DNA of 64,000 nucleotides from a virus. A model generated the notes under the pieces. That model was not told where the DNA came from, searched no databases, and worked only from the letters and a program-made list of their open reading frames with translations. How positions within the stretch are numbered: the first letter of the stretch is position 1; every line of letters starts with the position of its first letter. A program made the position numbers and the translations under genes. Below are positions 63,339 to 64,000 of this stretch, in pieces. Location of the stretch: IMG/VR virus record IMGVR_UViG_3300017917_001176, positions 13,052 to 77,051 of that record, one strand, 5' to 3'.

Positions 63339-64000
63339 ATGAAACACAATTATCTTAACAACAAAGACATTTTGAAGGAGATACACCGTAGCAAAAACAC
63401 ATACTGTTGGTACGCAAATCCAGAAGATTCGGATTACGATATCATTGTAACCGTAAACAACAAAGGTGCTATTGCCAAGAAAGATGTACTGCAAGGGCGT
63501 AAAAATCGTGCCGAACGTCTGGCCAAAGTGGCATTAGAAGCAGCAAATGCTGATGGAAGCAAGCACAAGCTGGACGAGTTTGAAATCAAGTACACCAAGA
63601 TTCCAGAAACTGATGTGGTATTTCGGGTCATGACCTGGGCACACATTCCAGTGGATGACATCAAGACCAAGAAAGCCATGGAGGCTGCTGCTCTGTTAGA
63701 AGAAGAAAGTCCTACAGAAACAGAGTACGATGTAGACAACGAAGAATTGGTAAAATCTTCAACCAAGTACGTAAAAGTAAACTTCCCACCGTTTCAACAC
63801 TGGAAAGTTGGACCCGAAGGCGAATATCTTGTGGTCGGCATCAGTCATTGGCAGGGCGATCCAGAAACCGGCAACTACTCACGTGATCACGGTACTATGA
63901 CCAAAAAGCTGGCTTTGATGTTTATGAAGCTGTGCGAACGCTATGCTACCCGTAGTAACTGGCGCGGTTACACTTACAATGATGAAATGCGCAGCCAAGC
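63339..64000 (+). CDS. late-transcription sigma factor, T4 gp55-like (3'-truncated; missing from the ORF track)
   Basis: Hand translation MKHNYLNNKDILKEIH...LALMFMKLCERYATRSNWRGYTYNDEMRSQ; YxNNK and NxxGYT..EM match gp55; AAGGA RBS. Confidence 0.8.
   Translation, partial: MKHNYLNNKDILKEIHRSKNTYCWYANPEDSDYDIIVTVNNKGAIAKKDVLQGRKNRAERLAKVALEAANADGSKHKLDEFEIKYTKIPETDVVFRVMTWAHIPVDDIKTKKAMEAAALLEEESPTETEYDVDNEELVKSSTKYVKVNFPPFQHWKVGPEGEYLVVGISHWQGDPETGNYSRDHGTMTKKLALMFMKLCERYATRSNWRGYTYNDEMRSQ

Noticed and set aside
63434-63766. 110-aa minus-strand ORF
   Set aside because: Antisense to the gp55-like gene
1-64000. tRNA, rRNA or structured ncRNA genes
   Set aside because: Intergenic gaps are all under about 80 nt and I saw no cloverleaf; a covariance-model scan would be needed to be certain

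Overview
This window is from a large T4-like (myovirus/jumbo-type) phage genome in the standard genetic code. From left to right: small hypothetical genes, dfr-thyA, and an iscA-iscU-erpA Fe-S assembly cassette. Next is a ~21 kb minus-strand enzyme cluster (6.6-27.5 kb) with ten radical SAM enzymes, a U32-family protein, a flavin-dependent halogenase, a split transketolase, NDP-sugar enzymes, deacetylases and glycosyltransferases. Then comes the tail/baseplate module: two fibre proteins, a 6190-aa virion protein, and gp6-, gp25-, gp5-, hub-, gp53- and gp48/54-like genes. The window ends in a truncated gp55-like late sigma factor that the ORF track missed. The main candidate for a new system is inside the enzyme cluster: a 216-aa protein with a (CxCNCNY)4 core directly followed by a self-cleaving S74-type intramolecular chaperone, next to SPASM/Twitch radical SAM enzymes. 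Late-promoter-like TAAATA/TACATA boxes precede the structural genes, the enzyme cluster and the Fe-S cassette. This suggests a phage-encoded, RiPP-like system for post-translational modification of virion proteins, with its own Fe-S supply. All family calls come from reading motifs by eye; no searches were run.
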